Source: Octopus sinensis (lineage: Eukaryota). From it: DNA of 8,512 bases. A program made the translations under genes and the position numbers. The DNA lies in assembly GCF_006345805.1 (NCBI RefSeq), contig NW_021828412.1:1-8512 (forward strand). The letters are read 5' to 3'. The notes under the pieces are model-generated. The model was not told the DNA's origin. It was given only the letters and a program-made list of their open reading frames with translations, and ran no database searches. How positions within the stretch are numbered: position 1 is the first letter of the stretch; each line of letters begins with the position of its first letter. Below are positions 6,492 through 8,512 of the stretch, piece by piece.

Positions 6492-6814
6492 GAGCACTTC
6501 GTCGGTTGCGACGACGAGGGTCCCTGCTGATACGATCAACGGAACAGCTTGCTCGTGAAATTAGCATCTAAGTGGCTGAGCACTCCACAAACACGTGTAC
6601 CCTTAACGTAGTTCTCGGGGAGATTCGGCGTGACAGTGTGTGACAAGGCTGGTCCTTTGAAATACAGGTACTGCTCATTTTTGCCAGCTGAGTGGACTGG
6701 AGCAACGTGAAATAAAGTGTCTTGTTCAAGGACACAACGCGCCGCAGGGAATTGAACTCACGACCTTACGATCATGAGCCGAATGCACCAAACCACTAAG
6801 CCACGCGCCTTCAC
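6492..6814 (-). mobile_element. Full-length tRNA-derived CORE-type SINE family C (323 bp) with perfect 14-bp TSD
   Basis: TSD accagtgtatctag at 6478-6491 and 6815-6828; minus strand gtgaaggcgcgTGGCTTAGTGG...gtGAGTTCAATTCC...gttgtgtccttgaacaagacactttatttcac...aaatgag. Confidence 0.92.
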
Positions 6815-6959
6815 ACCAGTGTATCTAGTCTACATTAAACATTGCATCCTGTTTATATGGCAGAAAGGATTTAAATATGTGGTTATCAAATATGCGTCAG
6901 TAGGTCGAGCGATAATATATTTAGGTGTTCTTTGGCAATCATATTTCCATTCGTATCTT

Positions 6960-7040
6960 GCACGTATCTTCTCCCATACGACCGGTTGGCAAATGCTACT
7001 TGAATGTAATTTAGTAGATAGAAACTGTGCAGAAGATAGT
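6960..7040 (+). mobile_element. Highly degenerate SINE family B fragment
   Basis: tcttctcccata...aatttagtagatagaaactgtgcagaag matches gtcttctactag...gagtttagtagacagaagctaagtggaag of the 7654 copy. Confidence 0.5.
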
Positions 7041-7042
7041 TA

Positions 7043-7119
7043 TGTGTGTGTGTGTGAGAGAGAGAAAGAGTGTGTGTGTGTGTGTGAATGTTTGTGTGAG
7101 TATTTGTGCATGTGTGTGA
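7043..7119. repeat. (TG)n/(GA)n compound microsatellite
   Basis: tgtgtgtgtgtgtgagagagagaaagagtgtgtgtg... Confidence 0.9.
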
Positions 7120-7240
7120 GCAACATATGTTTCGGGTTCAGTCCCATTTCACGTGTCTTCACTTGTAGTCCCAGGCCGACCGATACCTTGTGAACAAATC
7201 TGGTAAACGGAAACTGTGTAGAAGTATAGCATATATATGA
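7120..7240 (+). mobile_element. SINE family B fragment
   Basis: ttcgggttcagtccca...gtgtcttcacttgtagtcccaggccgaccgataccttgtgaacaaatctggtaaacggaaactg aligns with 7703-7810. Confidence 0.7.
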
Positions 7241-7263
7241 TTGTGGGTGTACGTACGTGCATT

Positions 7264-7276
7264 TATATATATATAT

Positions 7277-7331
<55 letters not shown>
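7264..7331. repeat. (TA)n microsatellite
   Basis: Long TA run with two phase shifts. Confidence 0.95.
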
Positions 7332-7333
<2 letters not shown>

Positions 7334-7460
7334 AGAATATGTTTCGGTGTTTGAAAATGCGCTTGAATCTCAAAGCCGGGCAGTCGTTGTTAAATTATTT
7401 GATAGATTTATTCAAATACCAAACCGGATTCAACAGGATTTTGTTTATCAGTGGTACAAT

Positions 7461-7464
7461 AAAA

Positions 7465-7495
<31 letters not shown>

Positions 7496-7496
7496 A
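7461..7496. repeat. (AAAT)n microsatellite
   Basis: aaaataaataaataaataaataaataaataaataaa. Confidence 0.95.
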
Positions 7497-7653
7497 GGGT
7501 TTAGAAGAGTTTAAAATTACAAAGTAAAATTTTGAAAAAAATGTTTTTAAACGATCGTATGTTCACAGAAATTTCGATAGACAATAAGATAAGTGTGAAT
7601 GTTCGATGAAGGCCATAACAAATATTCGTGATAAGGTGAATAGCTTTACTGAA

Positions 7654-8035
7654 GGCGCAGGAATGGCTATGTGGTCAAGCAGCTCGCTTTGCAACAGCGT
7701 GATTTCGGGTTCAGTTCCACTGCACGGCACCTTGGCAAGTGTCTTCTACTAGAGCCCGGGTCAATCAATGTCCCGTTAGTGAGTTTAGTAGACAGAAGCT
7801 AAGTGGAAGCATGTCGTACATATATGCATATGCGTACTTGTGTTTTCTCTCACACTTTCACTGCTATTGTTGGTTTGTTTACGTCCCCATAACTTAATGG
7901 CTCGATTAAAGAGACGAGAAGGTAAGTATCAGACTTTTAATAAGTATTGTGGTTCGATTTGTTTGTTTGATTACAATCCCTTTAAGGCGGTAACCTAGCA
8001 TATCCGCAGTCCAGTGACTGAAACAAGTTAAAGAA
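7654..8035 (+). mobile_element. tRNA-derived CORE-like SINE family B, near full length
   Basis: ggcgcaggaaTGGCTATGTGG (A box)...GGTTCAGTTCC (B box)...caccttggcaagtgtcttctact (CORE-like)...tail gcagtccagtgactgaaacaagttaaaga. Confidence 0.85.
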
Positions 8036-8512
8036 AAGTATATCAGGGACTCAGGACAATGCTAATATTAGCCATTGGTGTTATAACCACTCGTAAAACC
8101 GAATCAGTTTAGACATTTCTTCATCGGTCAAGTTTATAAATTCTTATATTAAAATTAGCATGTAAGAAGTTTGACGTTGGGTTTTCTAATAAAGAAAAAT
8201 CCTTTCAATACAGACATCAGCTTTTTTTTTTCAGTGTTAGCTTTTTAATTGCTTTTATATGATTACTACTGTATTTACATGTGTATAAGTCGCACTATTT
8301 TCACTTGATTTTTTTATATGAAAAAACTGGGCCACGGCTTATACACGGGACAGGTTTGAATGCGAAAAGGGAAAAATTTTGTGCCAAGAATTTACACAGA
8401 ATTAAGTGGACAACTTACACATGAGTAAATGCGATATTTATAATTGGAAGAAGCAAACAATGACGAGCAGTGTTGTTCTGAACTCAGAAGATTACGGAAT
8501 GGAAAAACCTTC

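Noticed and set aside
8040-8512. Possible host exon in unique-looking sequence
   Set aside because: No ORF of 60 aa or more and no recognisable motif; a short exon cannot be excluded without RNA data.

Overview
AT-rich, repeat-dense eukaryotic non-coding DNA; the SINE families look like those of octopod cephalopods (recognition, not a database result). No host exon is supported. Main contents: (1) a 2.07-kb minus-strand non-LTR retroelement (3725-5798) with an 18-bp target-site duplication (TSD), AATAAA+poly(A), a structured/repetitive 3' UTR and only a decayed gag/ORF1p-like frame (RRM-like + CCHC knuckle + charged linker + ~95-aa C-terminal domain), with no endonuclease/RT, i.e. a 'half-LINE' (HAL1-like) non-autonomous element; (2) a 707-bp foldback element (2333-3039) with ~270-bp terminal inverted repeats (TIRs), GG...CC termini, an 8-bp TSD and a TTAGGG/TTTTAGGG telomere-like core, inserted into a SINE; (3) a same-orientation pile of five tRNA-derived SINEs (1355-3064), two joined at the same nucleotide and with a 3' tail resembling the 3' end of the ORF1-only element; (4) further CORE-type SINEs, two forming an inverted duplication; (5) a degenerate minimal hammerhead-like motif; (6) many microsatellites.
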